A DNA stretch of 63,792 bases, filler included, from Octopus bimaculoides (GCF_001194135.2; 6 parts of 5 records of this genome joined end to end with filler, not necessarily neighbours in it), one strand, 5' to 3'. Shown: positions 1 to 11,539, counted from the first letter of the whole stretch. Program-made: numbers and translations. The notes: generated by a model not told the origin, from the sequence alone.

Positions 1-329
1 TATATATATATATATCTATATATTATATATATATGGGAAAACAAGAAGAAGAAAATGGAGAATAAATGGATGTAATTACTAATTTATTTGTTTGTTACAA
101 AAAGATGACATCTTTAAAAACAAACAGTACAAATAAACTGATTGGGAGTTGAAAGCCCGAAGAAAAATAAATTAAGATAAAAAATAAAAAAAAGAACCTA
201 CATATATGTTTCAGTCCTATCATCTAGTTGATGGGAATTTCCAAGTTTAATGCCAAGAAAGTTGCCACTTTCTAACTATATTGTGGCAGGGATTCGTCAT
301 TGTTCATATGGAGCTCATGCAACTTAGGT

Positions 330-677
330 ATTTGTTGCTATTCCATAACGTTGGCATAGCTTCTTGTGTATATAGGTCCCAACTCTGTCGTGTCTGTGAA
401 TATATTCCTTTTTATCCAGGACTGGGTAGCCATAGACAATATGAGTTATTGTTTCCTTTCCATCACCACATATTCTGAAGTTACTTGTATTTCTTTTCGT
501 TACGTGTTTTTGGTAATTTCTGGTGGGAAGGTTTTGATCTTGTGCTGCAATCAAAAATCCTTCAGTCTCTGCTTTGAGTCCTGAGCTTCTCAGCCATTGT
601 TGGGATTTTTCTTTGTCTATTTCTTTTATGTTTAGTTTAACCCAATATTTGCCATGAAGGGACTTTTCTTGTCATCG

Positions 678-679
<2 letters not shown>
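330..679 (-). mobile_element. R4/Dong-clade (restriction-like endonuclease) non-LTR retrotransposon fragment, post-RT/zinc-knuckle region, degenerate
   Basis: Minus translation KR*QEKSLHGKYWVKLNIKEIDKEKSQQWLRSSGLKAETEGFLIAAQDQNLPTRNY..RICGDGKETITHIV..EYIHRHDRVGTYIHKKLC matches the R4-clade WL..LK.ETEG...AAQDQ and CxxC..ET..H..C..RH pattern (recognised from memory). Confidence 0.85.

Positions 680-758
<79 letters not shown>
680..758. repeat. (TTA)n microsatellite, the 3' tail of the adjacent R4/Dong fragment
   Basis: Direct reading; it follows the 3' UTR of 759-1200 on the minus strand. Confidence 0.95.
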
Positions 759-759
<1 letters not shown>

Positions 760-1200
760 TTATGTTTGACTTTTGCTTTGCATTTGTACAAGTTGGATCC
801 AAGTCTCAAGAGACAACAAGTTAGAAGTTCATGTCGGTGTTATGCCTAAGGTACCATATANNNNNNNNNNTGTTGTTCTAGAGAATGTTTAAGAAACCAT
901 AAGAAAATTATGTGTTTGTTTTAAAATTTGAGATCACATAGACAGTATTTTACGTAGGATATGGGCAGTTCGCATGAGCACTATCTTTTGAACTTCAGCC
1001 ATTTTGGGGTTTCCTGGTATCTGAGCTAGGTAGTAATCAGCCCGTTTCGCTGTCATTCCCAGGGCACCTATGACAATAGGTATTGTTTTAGTCTTCAGGT
1101 TCCACATTTTGCTAATTTCTATTTCAAGATCTTTATATTTGCTCAGTTTTTGGTAGGTCTTGACAGATACGTTTATATCGATTGGGACTGTTATTATTAT
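759..1200 (-). mobile_element. R4/Dong-clade LINE 3' end (REL endonuclease C-terminus plus 3' UTR), 5'-truncated
   Basis: ORF 934-1203: ITVPIDINVSVKTYQKLSKYKDLEIEISKMWNLKTKTIPIVIGALG..EVQKIVLMRTAHILRKILS matches the REL K..KY.DL..E...MW...P.V.GALG motif, followed by a UTR and (TAA)n tail. Confidence 0.88.
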
Positions 1201-1849
1201 CATTACTCATGTTGTTGCTTTGTTTTAATATGAACCGTTCCAAAACTCAGTCAGGGACCTCGTGTAACATCAAGCTGGACCGTTTGCTATGGGTGTTATT
1301 TACGACTAGCAAAGATATATTGTAGAGGAAAGTGACCACAATCCAGGAATCAAGATTCCTTTAAATCTGTAATGTTTTAGTTTTTGAAAGAATATTGAGA
1401 GAATCATGTATTTTCAGGTTGACAGTATTTTTTTCTCAGGATGTAGGCGGTACTCATGAGAACAATTTCATTATTATTGTTGTTGTTGTCGTCGTCGTTG
1501 TTGTGAGAAGATATTTTAGCATCTTCATTACCTCCCAAAGAATTCTCAAGTTATAATTTCTCCATCAAGTGTCCCCGAAAGACATTATAAACTAATGGTA
1601 TTTTTTCTCGCAGTATGAAATGTATTCTCCATTTTCTCTTCTCACTTTCTCCTTCTCTCCCTCTTTCTTTCTCCCTCTCTCGTTTAGTTGGCTTCCTGCT
1701 TGATACTCATGTTCCTTCCAGTATTTCGAAGATGGATTATAGAATCTCGTCTTGTGTAGTAGTAGTAGTAGTGGTGGTGGTGGTGGTGGTGGTGGTGGTA
1801 TTAGTAGTAGTAGTAGTTGCTAATATAGACACAGGGTTTGGAATTTGAG

Positions 1850-1985
1850 GAATTAAGGAAGAAGATTAGTTGATAGCATCGAACCCTTCACATGAGTAGT
1901 ATTTTATGTTATTGACCCCCAGCGGAATGGAAAGCAAAGTTAACCTTGGCAAGATTTGAATTTACAACGTTTTGAGTTGGATTAA
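1850..1985 (-). mobile_element. tRNA-derived SINE fragment (family 2), diverged
   Basis: Similar to 31511-31724 (gaaagcaaagttaacctt..gatttgaa versus gaaaggcaaagtcgacttcggtggaacttgaa). Confidence 0.5.
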
Positions 1986-2040
1986 TGTCGCAAAACATTT
2001 TTACTGGCGTTCTGAGGAATCAGTGCTCTGTGATAATAAT

Positions 2041-2395
2041 GATAACAAGAGCACTTAGAGAGCGCAAACCTCCGCCAGGGCAATACCAACGTCCTCTCAA
2101 CGATTAGCCAGAGATGATTTTTAAAATGAGAATATCTGAAATAAACTCGACTGCTCTCACAAACGAGAATACTAAAAAAAGGAACCCGACCGCTCTCAAA
2201 AAAAAAATTAAAAAAAAACAAGAAAAATAATCCGGAATCCTTGTCCGGCACCGGATTGATCCCAAAATCTAATCAGTTCATGCTAGTCACGAAGCCAAAC
2301 ATTTCTGAAAGTTTCATCCGAATCCAAATAGCGGTTCTTGAGATATCCTGTCCACAGACAAACAAACACGACTAAAAACAATACCCACTCCTCAA
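2041..2395 (+). mobile_element. Non-autonomous Helentron/DINE-1-like element
   Basis: Starts aacaagagcacttagagagcgcaaacctccgcc, has the core gaaagtttcatccgaatcc..ggttcttgagatatc, then acagacaaacaaac and aaacaatacc. This resembles the DINE-1/HINE architecture (from memory); the 3' hairpin is not preserved. Confidence 0.55.
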
Positions 2396-2899
2396 GCATA
2401 TTTGAACTGGTAACAAGTTTGTATTTTTATACATAACTGCTTATCGTTGTCACCTCGTATTTTATTTACGGTGAGCCGCTGAATAGCGCAACCAGTAATC
2501 GAATGATGATGGGAACATCATAAGAGAGACTTACCTCTCGTGTTTCAGTTCCCAGTGCTTTTCTTTCCGGTCTCTGTGGCTGAAAAAATACATGCATCCC
2601 ACAGTCTGGTTAAGTAACACTGTGAGATGACTTGGTGTATTTACATCTATTTGTCTACAGCGAGAAATGTTCTCCACAAAAAAAATACAGTGAATGGCTT
2701 TCTTAAGAGTTCGAATATGCCTGAAGCGTATTTCACCTGGTAACAAGTTTGTAATGATAATAATAATGTTTTGTTCATTAACCACCAAAGGTGGACAAAA
2801 AACAGCAAGAAAGATACAGTACAATACAATGAAAAGGTACATGAAAAGGTATGTAAAAATAAATAACAGAAGCAAAAAAAGTTGAAAGAAAGAATATTT

Positions 2900-4270
2900 C
2901 CTAAAAAGGGGAGATACCTTGTAGTAATCCAGATTCCGAAGACGGGACTGACACTAGTTAGTGCAAGGACAGCCATCAAGTATTGGTAATCGAAAGCTTT
3001 CGGCTGATTTAAATTTATTAGGAATCCATACGTGCTAGGTTCCTTACCAATCCTTTCTGTGAGGTATCGCATGAAGTGGAGGTTGCTGTGGATAGATATG
3101 TTTGGGATGGCGTATGTCTGCACATCACCAATCAGACAACTAACCACAGGTTTCAAAGCCTTCGCTAAGGCCTTGGCCCAAAACTTGAAATCTGACAATT
3201 AGCAATACGGTAGTTCTTGCTCGGATCCATTCTTCAGAGTGCCTCCGCTCCTCGGTTCACACAACTGAGTATTATCTTGTTCTGCTATCTGCTGCTGTCA
3301 TTCGTGGTAGATATTTGCCAAGATATTACTGAACAAGTGTGGAATATAAACCTAAGGCTAGTAGGGTAGAGGATCAAAACCAGGCATGTAGCCTCTTGTG
3401 TAACTAGAAATTGGGGTGTTATCAGCTTTTCACAACAGCTCACCTCCGTTACTGAGTCGTAGGCAGATGTGGTAAATTTTGAAATCCATCCTGCAATAGA
3501 ATCCACCACTATTCCCGAACAGTCAAGCAAAGTGCCGCTGAAAAACCGCAGACAACAACCTGGGATCGTATAGCGCGTTCTCACCATGGCCAGTCAAAGA
3601 CTCAGCTGTGGATTTATTGTCATGTTGTGCCTTTGCTACTCGGATCCATCGAAGGATTTTTGCTCATTTGGGTCTTGTAGCACATGTTTTAGCTCTAAAA
3701 ACGCAACGTTTGTATTTCATGTTGAACAATTGGTCTAAGGTCACTCTCACTGCAATCGTTGGAAACATCTGAGTAGGTTTGAGAGGCTTTTGAATAGCTT
3801 CTCTGTTATCAGCTGATTCCATGTAGTCCCAGCATGCTTCCAAGATGTCGTTCCAATCCCCCACCAGCACCAAAGAGCGAGATGTTTCCAGGAAAGATAC
3901 TAGACACCGAAAGAAATCTAGTTGTTTCATGTCTGTTGGGATATAGACGGCTATTGATCGGAAGGTATGGCCTTCACTGCTACTTACGTACAACACTATC
4001 AACTTATCCACCAAATCCAGGAAGATATTCCGAATCGCGAGATCTAGACCTTTCCGAAACAATATAGTGATTCCATCTCCCGATGCGGGATGACTTAGAG
4101 ATCAGAACACCTCATATTCACCGAAGATGAGCATGAAGGCTAGTGCCTCAAATCCTTGTCTCACTGATGGTAACCACATCTATGTCTAATGACCTAAGGT
4201 CGGTGAGCGAGTACCCATGCTTCTAAGGTGGCATAAGGCCAAATGCATTCATAATGCTTATTCTAAATAA
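2900..4270 (-). mobile_element. L1/Tx1-clade LINE ORF2 remnant (APE endonuclease plus start of RT), frameshifted
   Basis: APE-like ..LDIDVVTISETR.. and FRSIAVYIP..FFRCL..LVLVGDWNDIL. RT-like SDFKFWAKALAKALKPVVSCLIGDVQT..LINLNQPKAFD (cf. DYKILAK.LA.RL..QT..LDQ.KAFD). Confidence 0.8.
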
Positions 4271-4407
4271 GGTTATGTTGAATAAAGGGTTGAAATAAGA
4301 AAGAACACTGACCTTGTTCCTATGGAACAACAAGTGACCTGTCCTTCTCGTTAGTTGTGGGTATTTCTAGAAAATTTTTTATATACTTTTGTTAAATGTT
4401 CTGTTAC

Positions 4408-4413
4408 ATGTCG

Positions 4414-4467
<54 letters not shown>

Positions 4468-4485
4468 GTAATTATTATTATTATT
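4408..4485. repeat. (TTA)n microsatellite
   Basis: Direct reading. Confidence 0.95.
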
Positions 4486-5012
4486 GAGTGAGAGAGTAAT
4501 GCATGCCATCAAAGTGACGCTGGAGAAAAATACGAAGCCCAGTATACCCATCATGACTACCCGTCTGATAAGGGTACACCAGGCACATGATTCACAACCA
4601 TATGTACGTAACATGGTTATCTCATATCAAGATAAACAGCGTATGACCTTGCAGGTGGAGCCAAGTTAGAATTTTTTTCATGTCGAGTAGCTCATCCTGC
4701 TCAAAAGGTCCCTGAATAAAGTTTGCTTAAGGATGATGGACGAAACACCCATGTTTCCAGGGATGAATTATTTAAACCCCAAAGAAATCTTCTCAACACA
4801 TGGCTATGATGCTCCCTCACTACTTCTGCTCGTAATCAAAGATGCGCAAGTCAGCCACTATGGAACATGCTCAACTGGTTAAGGTCAAACAACTGACAAG
4901 CAAATCTAAGACAATGAGCAGAATATTTGCTGTAGCGCATCTTTTACACCAAAACAAAACATGTATATGACAACACTTCCAATGAGTTAAGATTAGAAGC
5001 CATGAGACCCAC
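4486..5012 (-). mobile_element. (TAA)n-tailed interspersed element embedded in TTA repeats (probable retroelement UTR or non-autonomous derivative)
   Basis: Bounded by (TTA)n on both sides (4408-4485, ~5013-5027) with no ORF. It resembles an abundant octopus repeat I recall; the family assignment is uncertain. Confidence 0.5.
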
Positions 5013-5322
5013 CATTATTATTATTATTTCTCTTTATCACATGTTTTGTTGGAGCTCCTGGAGTCTAGCATGCGTAGCGGACTTACTACCTGCAGCCTAC
5101 GGTACCATGCTATCCGTTCTTTTTAGCAATCTAATACTTCAGTTCTATATTTAAAAGATGAGGTATTATGTACATTATTTACATTTGACGGATATTTGTC
5201 CTCATCAGGTGTCTTGGGGAAATTGTATGAGAGAAGAAGCACAAAATGTTGAGAAGGAAGCATATAGAAAATATGGAAGGTTAAAAGAACGGAAAAGTAA
5301 AAAGTAAAAGATATATATATAT

Positions 5323-5910
5323 AGGCACAGGAATGGGTGTGTGGTAAGTAGCTTGCTTACCAACCACATGGTTCTGGGTTCAGTCCCACTGCGTGGCACC
5401 TTGGTCAAGTGTCTTCTACTATAGCCTCGGGCTGACCAAAGCCTTGTGAGTTTATCTGGTAGACGGAAACTGAAAGAAGCCCNNNNNNNNNNNNNNNNNN
5501 NNNNNNNNNNNNNNNNNNNNNNNNNNNNNNNNNNNNNNNNNNNNNNNNNNNNNNNNNNNNNNNNNNNNNNNNNNNNNNNNNNNNNNNNNNNNNNNNNNNN
5601 NNNNNNNNNNNNNNNNNNNNNNNNNNNNNNNNNNNNNNNNNNNNNNNNNNNNNNNNNNNNNNAGAGATAGATAGATAGATAGATAGATAGATATGTATGT
5701 ATGTGTGTCTCTGTTTGTCCCCACAACATTGCTTGACAACCGATGCTGGTGTGTTTACGTCCCTGTAAATTAGCGGTTCGGCAAAAGAGACCGATAGAAT
5801 GAGTACTAGGCTTCCAAAGAATAAGTCCTGAGGTCGATTTGCTTGACTAAAGGCGGTGCTCCAGCATGGCCGCAGTCAAATGACTGAAACAAGTAAAAGA
5901 GTAAAAGAGT
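5323..5910 (+). mobile_element. Full-length tRNA-derived SINE (family 1) with internal microsatellite/gap
   Basis: tRNA-like head with A/B-box-like motifs (tgtggtaagtag; ggttcagtccc), conserved body and (gtaaaaga)n tail. Homologous copies at 14196, 33617, 39064, 42001, 52000 and 61570. Confidence 0.9.
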
Positions 5911-6028
5911 AGTTAAAATCCACGGAGCAAAAACATTTACAATGATTAAGCTACTATTTCAGCTGACAGAATCAGATTTCTTCACTCAGCTGGGTTTAAC
6001 TGTCTACATACACTGCAGGAATGTCATC

Positions 6029-6168
6029 CAGCCAGCACTAGCGTAGCTAGTGTGTGTGCCGCCCAGGGCGGCCCTTCCGTTTGCTGTTTCCGGACTCCAC
6101 AAAAAACACATATTGCCTACAACAGACCCGAAAGTGCCCTGCCTCACTAGCTACGCTAGTCCCGGCCG
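6029..6168. mobile_element. MITE-like element with terminal inverted repeats
   Basis: actagcgtagctagtg (6037-6052) is the exact reverse complement of cactagctacgctagt (6145-6160), extending imperfectly to ~24 bp. Confidence 0.65.
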
Positions 6169-6531
6169 GTACTTGTGTACCAAGTTTGATACATTATTCT
6201 GACCAAACGATGTACCTCAATTTAAGTACCCATTTCAACTGAAGCCTACTTATATTTTAGATAGACAAATAGATAGGTAGACAGACAAATTATGTATCAT
6301 ATATGTATATAATGTATGTGTGTGTGTGTGTCTGTGTGTGCGCGCGTGTCCAATGTTTTAGTAGCTAAAGTTTCGTTTTCCGACAACCAAATTTCGTATT
6401 TAACTATTTAGCTTTAACGCAAGTTTTATTTGCTTGACCTATTTGTCACTTATCATTCCTGAGTATATCAAATTTTTACAACCAAGTTGCCACCGAACTT
6501 TTTATCGACTCTGATAAAATAACCTGTTGAC

Positions 6532-6566
<35 letters not shown>

Positions 6567-7180
6567 GTTATTGTAAGAACTGTTATAGTTTCTTTCCATT
6601 ATTAGCGAAGATCGGCCNNNNNNNNNNNNNNNNNNNNNNNNNNNNNNNNNNNNNNNNNNNNNNNNNNNNNNNNNNNNNNNNNNNNNNNNNNNNNNNNNNN
6701 NNNNNNNNNNNNNNNNNNNNNNNNNNNNNNNNNNNNNNNNNNNNNNNNNNNNNNNNNNNNNNNNNNNNNNNNNNNNNNNNNNNNNNNNNNNNNNNNNNNN
6801 NNNNNNNNNNNNNNNNNNNNNNNNNNNNNNNNNNNNNNNNNNNNNNNNNNNNNNNNNNNNNNNNNNNNNNNNNNNNNNNNNNNNNNNNNNNNNNNNNNNN
6901 NNNNNNNNNNNNNNNNNNNNNNNNNNNNNNNNNNNNNNNNNNNNNNNNNNNNNNNNNNNNNNNNNNNNNNNNNNNNNNNNNNNNNNNNNNNNNNNNNNNN
7001 NNNNNNNNNNNNNNNNNNNNNNNNNNNNNNNNNNNNNNNNNNNNNNNNNNNNNNNNNNNNNNNNNNNNNNNNNNNNNNNNNNNNNNNNNNNNNNNNNNNN
7101 NNNNNNNNNNNNNNNNNNNNNNNNNNNNNNNNNNNNNNNNNNNNNNNNNNTATGTAGCATAAAGTGTGTTCTCGATAGTC

Positions 7181-7223
<43 letters not shown>

Positions 7224-7400
7224 CATTATTATTTGTTTAATTCCTGCTCAAACTCGATCGACCACACTTAGGCTACTTACGATTAAAAATATTTCAGTAG
7301 CAACCATCCAAACCCATTTTCCTAGGGGTACCAAAGTCTAAAACAATACTCATCGAATATGTGGACCTGCCGTTTCAATCTGTCGGGTTTTCTTTCATTA

Positions 7401-7464
7401 GAGGGAAATCAAACAGCTGTTTCTTCAAGTCTGGCCGCCCAAGGATCTCGTCAGAAGTTACCTC
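7401..7464 (-). ncRNA. Decayed minimal hammerhead-like motif
   Basis: Minus: CUGACGA ..24 nt.. GAAAC-AGCU-GUU with palindromic loop III; stems I and II pair poorly. Confidence 0.45.
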
Positions 7465-7868
7465 TTATTGAATGAAATTTTGGTAAAGAGTTATAGGAAG
7501 TGAAGGGAAAAAGTTTCAGAAAGTTCAATTTGACCATTACTCCACACACACACACACATACACATTTCAAAAACTTTCTACATGTGTGTGTGGTGTGTTG
7601 TGTGTGTTTATATAAGCGTGATATGCTTAGACTTACCTATAGGGCTTTCCTATAAGGTGTTATCCACCCCTGATTGGAACTCTCCCGTATGACATGTACG
7701 CATGCTCAGTGACTTGCTTTAACAGTTGCAATCAGCTGAATGCACATTGCCAGTGACATTTAACATAATTACCCACACTCTGTGGTCAGGATTCTTTTTT
7801 TGGTTTGATGTCGGTATCGAAGGGATTACCAGACACCGGACAATACAGTGAGAGCAGCTTTCACTCAC

Positions 7869-7968
7869 NNNNNNNNNNNNNNNNNNNNNNNNNNNNNNNN
7901 NNNNNNNNNNNNTTAATTAATTAANNNNNNNNNNNNNNNNNNNNNNNNNNNNNNNNNNNNNNNNNNNN
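7869..7968. other. Artificial scaffold spacer 44N-TTAATTAATTAA-44N
   Basis: Identical 100-bp construct occurs five times in the window. Confidence 0.95.
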
Positions 7969-8335
7969 AAAGCGGACGTTAAACGACGACGACGACGACG
8001 ATATACGTAGGTAGGGGGCTCCGAAAGGGTCTTGGGGAGTAGCATCCCTGCCTTTCTGAGCTAGTTTTCCACCACATTTCTTAAAAATCGTGGTAGAGGC
8101 CTTGGTCTTAGGACCACTCATGTCTAGAAACTAAGGTTGGGGGTAAGCAAGGGCATGCTCCCCATAGAAATGCCTCATGAAAGCAAGGGAGAGTGGGCAC
8201 CAGCCAACCCAAAGGTTGGGGTGAGCTGCACCTGCCTGCTTCAGTTACTATGGCATTGAGGTAGATCGAGCTACCCCAGTTAACAGGGACAAAACCCGGA
8301 TTTAAAACACCGGATGATGATGATGATGATGATAT
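7969..8335 (+). mobile_element. RTE-type 3' tail followed by a short (GAT)n-tailed interspersed element
   Basis: gcggacgttaaacgacgacgacg matches the RTE tails at 10790 and 14097-14150. The following ~320 bp end in accggatgatgatgatg. Confidence 0.55.
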
Positions 8336-8497
8336 ATATACATAAATGTATGTGTATTCTTTTCAATGTGTACAAAGAACTTGGAAAAAATAAATAGTTA
8401 CCAGGTTAGTAAAAATTCACATAAGTACCAAGAATGTTGCACTCTACTTATAAAGGTAGAAATTCCAGGGTTTAGTGAAATGATTTGATTGACATAG

Positions 8498-8695
8498 ATA
8501 AATTAAGAAATAGAGTTACACATAGGTGCTCTTCAAATCTTTATACTTCCGACATATGTTTCGAAGAAAACATTGGTATTATTTCTGAGGGAATAAAATG
8601 ATTCCCTCAGGAATAATACCAATGTTTTCTTTGAAACACATCAGAAGTATAAAGATTTGAATAACACCTGCATTTAACTCAATTTCTTAATTTAT
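8498..8695. repeat. Long inverted repeat (~97/95-bp arms, 6-nt loop) built from Penelope-terminus-like sequence
   Basis: The left arm 8498-8594 is a near-perfect reverse complement of 8601-8695. The left arm carries GAAAC-AUAU-GUC on the minus strand. Confidence 0.9.
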
Positions 8696-8710
8696 ATATA
8701 TACACATACA

Positions 8711-8790
<80 letters not shown>

Positions 8791-9661
8791 CATATCATCA
8801 GTGCTTTATATATATGTGTGCGTGTGTATATGTATTTAGTAAATAAAATGACTTGCAGTTTTTGAGTACTGAATTAAACTGGGCTATTCATTATAAGCAG
8901 GGCCTGTACTCATTTAGTGTCTAGACTGTTGACTCTTCAAACGAAACAATACAATATTCAATGTTTGTAGAAGGACCTTGGACTAAGGAATATGGCCTAG
9001 AGAAAAATTTGGGGATTGAAATTATGTGGAGAAGGAGGAAATAGAAGAGGAGGAGGGTTAGATTTTATAATTTTAACTAATTTTTAGAGTACAAAATGGA
9101 AATATGGAAGCATTGCAGACGGAAGCATTTTATGCTGGCTTGCTTTAATACAGTTTGCTTTTTGATGTTTTGAAATCAATGAAAGAAGTACCAACGAAGA
9201 AGTTACGTAGGTTGATATTAACCACTAACCTTCTATAAAATTATATGGCCTTGTGCTTGTGTTAACAAACCATTATATTTATAACACTTCTATGTCAATT
9301 ACTATAAATATATACTTCTCAATGTTGTTACCATGGGAATTTCAAGGATTATGCTTTTCAGTCGCACCTGAAATTAGCAGATTTATGTAAATTTAATCCA
9401 GAAGGAGTAACTTTTAAACAAACATCATAGACACAGAACCTGCTTGAGCCAACTCTAAAGGAGAACAGCAGCAATAAGTAACTACAGTAATACCAACGGC
9501 AGCAATTTTGTCAGCTGAAGGATTATGTGTCTCAAAAAAAACTCTGAAGATTCACTAATTGAATTATTAACTAACTTCAAACAAACATATAAATAAAAAA
9601 AAATCTATCACATGTATAAAGTATGTTTTCTCCTTTTATTTTACATTATATATAAATATAT

Positions 9662-9820
9662 TATCATCATCATCATCATCATCATCCTAATTATCATCAT
9701 TTAGCATCTGTTATCCATGCTGGCATGGGTTAGGTGGTTTAACTAGAACTAGTAAGCTGGAGAGCTACACCAAGCTCCTGTCTGTTTTGGCTTGGTTTCT
9801 ATGTCTGGATGCTCTTCCTA
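9662..9820 (-). mobile_element. RTE LINE 3' end fragment with (GAT)n tail
   Basis: catcatcat..ccatgctggcatgggtt..ggatgctcttcct is homologous to 10790-10930. Confidence 0.75.
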
Positions 9821-9850
9821 CATATGTATATGTATGTATGTATCTATGTA

Positions 9851-9911
<61 letters not shown>

Positions 9912-9934
9912 ATATATATACATATATATAAATA

Positions 9935-10786
9935 CAAGGTGTCGTGAATAAACTGTCATCTAAATTACGCAAACAGGAAAATAACACTGACATCTTATTT
10001 TAACAAATTTATTTAACAAAATTACATAAAAATATTTTGAAATACTAAAGAGTAAATTTATTCAATAAAATCACCATTGGCTTCAACCACAGCCTCCAGT
10101 TGACTTTGGAATCTCTTGCAACTCTTCTGGATGGTCTCTTTGTTTAAGTTTGTGAATGCTGCCATAATCCTTGCCTTCAGTTCATCTTTGGTGTTACAAG
10201 GAGTTTTGTTGGTCTCTTGCTCAACTGCACCCACTACATAATAATCAAGGGGATTGCAGTCTGGGGAGTTAGGTAGCCAGATGTTAGGGCTGATGCCGCA
10301 GAAATTGTCTGACATCCATGACTGGGTTCTCCTGCTTGTGTAGCATGGTGCAGAGTCCTGTTACCAGACATAGGGTCTTCCAGCAGCCACCCTCTTGACC
10401 CAGAGCAGCACTACCTCTTCCAGGTACTTGATGTAGGCCTCCATGTTGAGTCTGAGGCTGTGTGGGAAGATGAATGGAGGCATAACATTGCCATCACTGA
10501 TGTTGACTGGATATTTGATTTTCATCACTCTCGGTACATATCCTCAGATTGCACTATCCTCAGATTGACATCCAAATATCCTGAAATGTTCGTATTGGAG
10601 ATTCCGGTGTGAATGCCAGGCAGTACAGCATATCATTTCCAAATTTCTGGCAGAGTGAATTGCGTCATAGTGCTGTTTTTCTCACAGATGGTGCCCAACT
10701 GACCCTATTATACTGTGTAATTGACAAAACCAAAAACAAACGAAATTAAAAATATAAAATGGTGACAATTTAGCCATTGCACCCTG
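9935..10786 (-). mobile_element. Tc1/mariner maT (DD37D-like) transposon, internally deleted, TA-flanked
   Basis: Minus translation ..PYVW*QDSAPCYTSRRTQSWMSDNFCGISPNIWLPNSPDCNPLDYYV..EAVVEANGDFIE, with 36 residues between the second and third D in this copy. Imperfect TIRs caaggtgtcgtgaataaactgtcatc / cagggtgcaatggctaaattgtcacc are each flanked by TA. Confidence 0.85.
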
Positions 10787-10788
10787 TA

Positions 10789-11537
10789 TATCATCATCAT
10801 CATTATCATCGTCGTTTAATGTCTGCTTTCCATGGGTCGGATGGTTTAACTGAGGGCTGGCAAGCCAGAAAGCTGCACCAGGCTCCAATCTGATCTGGCA
10901 AAATTTCTACAGCTGGATGCCCTCGCTAATGCCAACCACTCCAAGAATGTAGTGGGTGCGTTTTATGTGCCACTGGCATGAGGGCCAGTCACAGCGATAC
11001 TGGCATCGACCACACTTGAATGATGCTTTTTACATACCATCAGCACGGGAGCTAGTCAGGCAGCACTGGCAATGACCATGCTTGAATGGTGCTTTTTATG
11101 TGCCACCAGCACGGGATTAGTCAGGCGGCACTGGCATCAACTCCGCTTGAAATGTGCTTTTTACATGCCACCAACATGCGAGCCAGTCAGGCAGCACTGG
11201 TATCAACTACGCTTGAATGGTGCTTTTTACGTGCCACCAGCATGGGTGCCAATGAGGCAGTATTGTCATCGGCCATGACAATGACTTCACTTGATTCAAC
11301 AGGTCTGCGCAAGCGCAGTTTATTACCTAATGATTGATGGGCTGGTTATGCTGCACTGGTACAGGCCACAGTTACGGTCTCACTTGCTTGCTAGGTCTTC
11401 TCAAGCACAGCATATCTCCAAAGGTCTCGGTGACTTGTCATCACCTCTGTGAGGCCCAATGTTCAAAAGTGGAGCTTTACCACCTCATCCCAGGTCTTCC
11501 TGGGTTTACCTCTTCCACAGATTCTCTCTACTGTTAA
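10789..11537 (-). mobile_element. RTE LINE 3' end (ORF C-terminus, 3' UTR with ~66-bp tandem repeats, (GAT)n tail)
   Basis: Minus translation (L)TVERICGRGKPRKTWDEVVK..LGLTEVMTSHRDLWRYAVLEKT matches the RTE GRP..TW motif. UTR repeat units start at 10956, 11023, 11089, 11154 and 11220. Confidence 0.85.
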
Positions 11538-11539
11538 TG

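Noticed and set aside
5323-5400. tRNA-like heads (also 17670-17743, 19820-19890, 47747-47820)
   Set aside because: They are SINE heads continuing into repeat bodies, not tRNA genes.
8200-8250. Hairpin ccaacc-caaa-ggttgg as a possible HDV-like ribozyme
   Set aside because: The nested double pseudoknot elements could not be identified.
10956-11275. Regular ~66-bp periodicity resembling a CRISPR array
   Set aside because: The whole unit is repeated with divergence (no unique spacers), it lies in a eukaryotic LINE UTR, and there are no cas genes.
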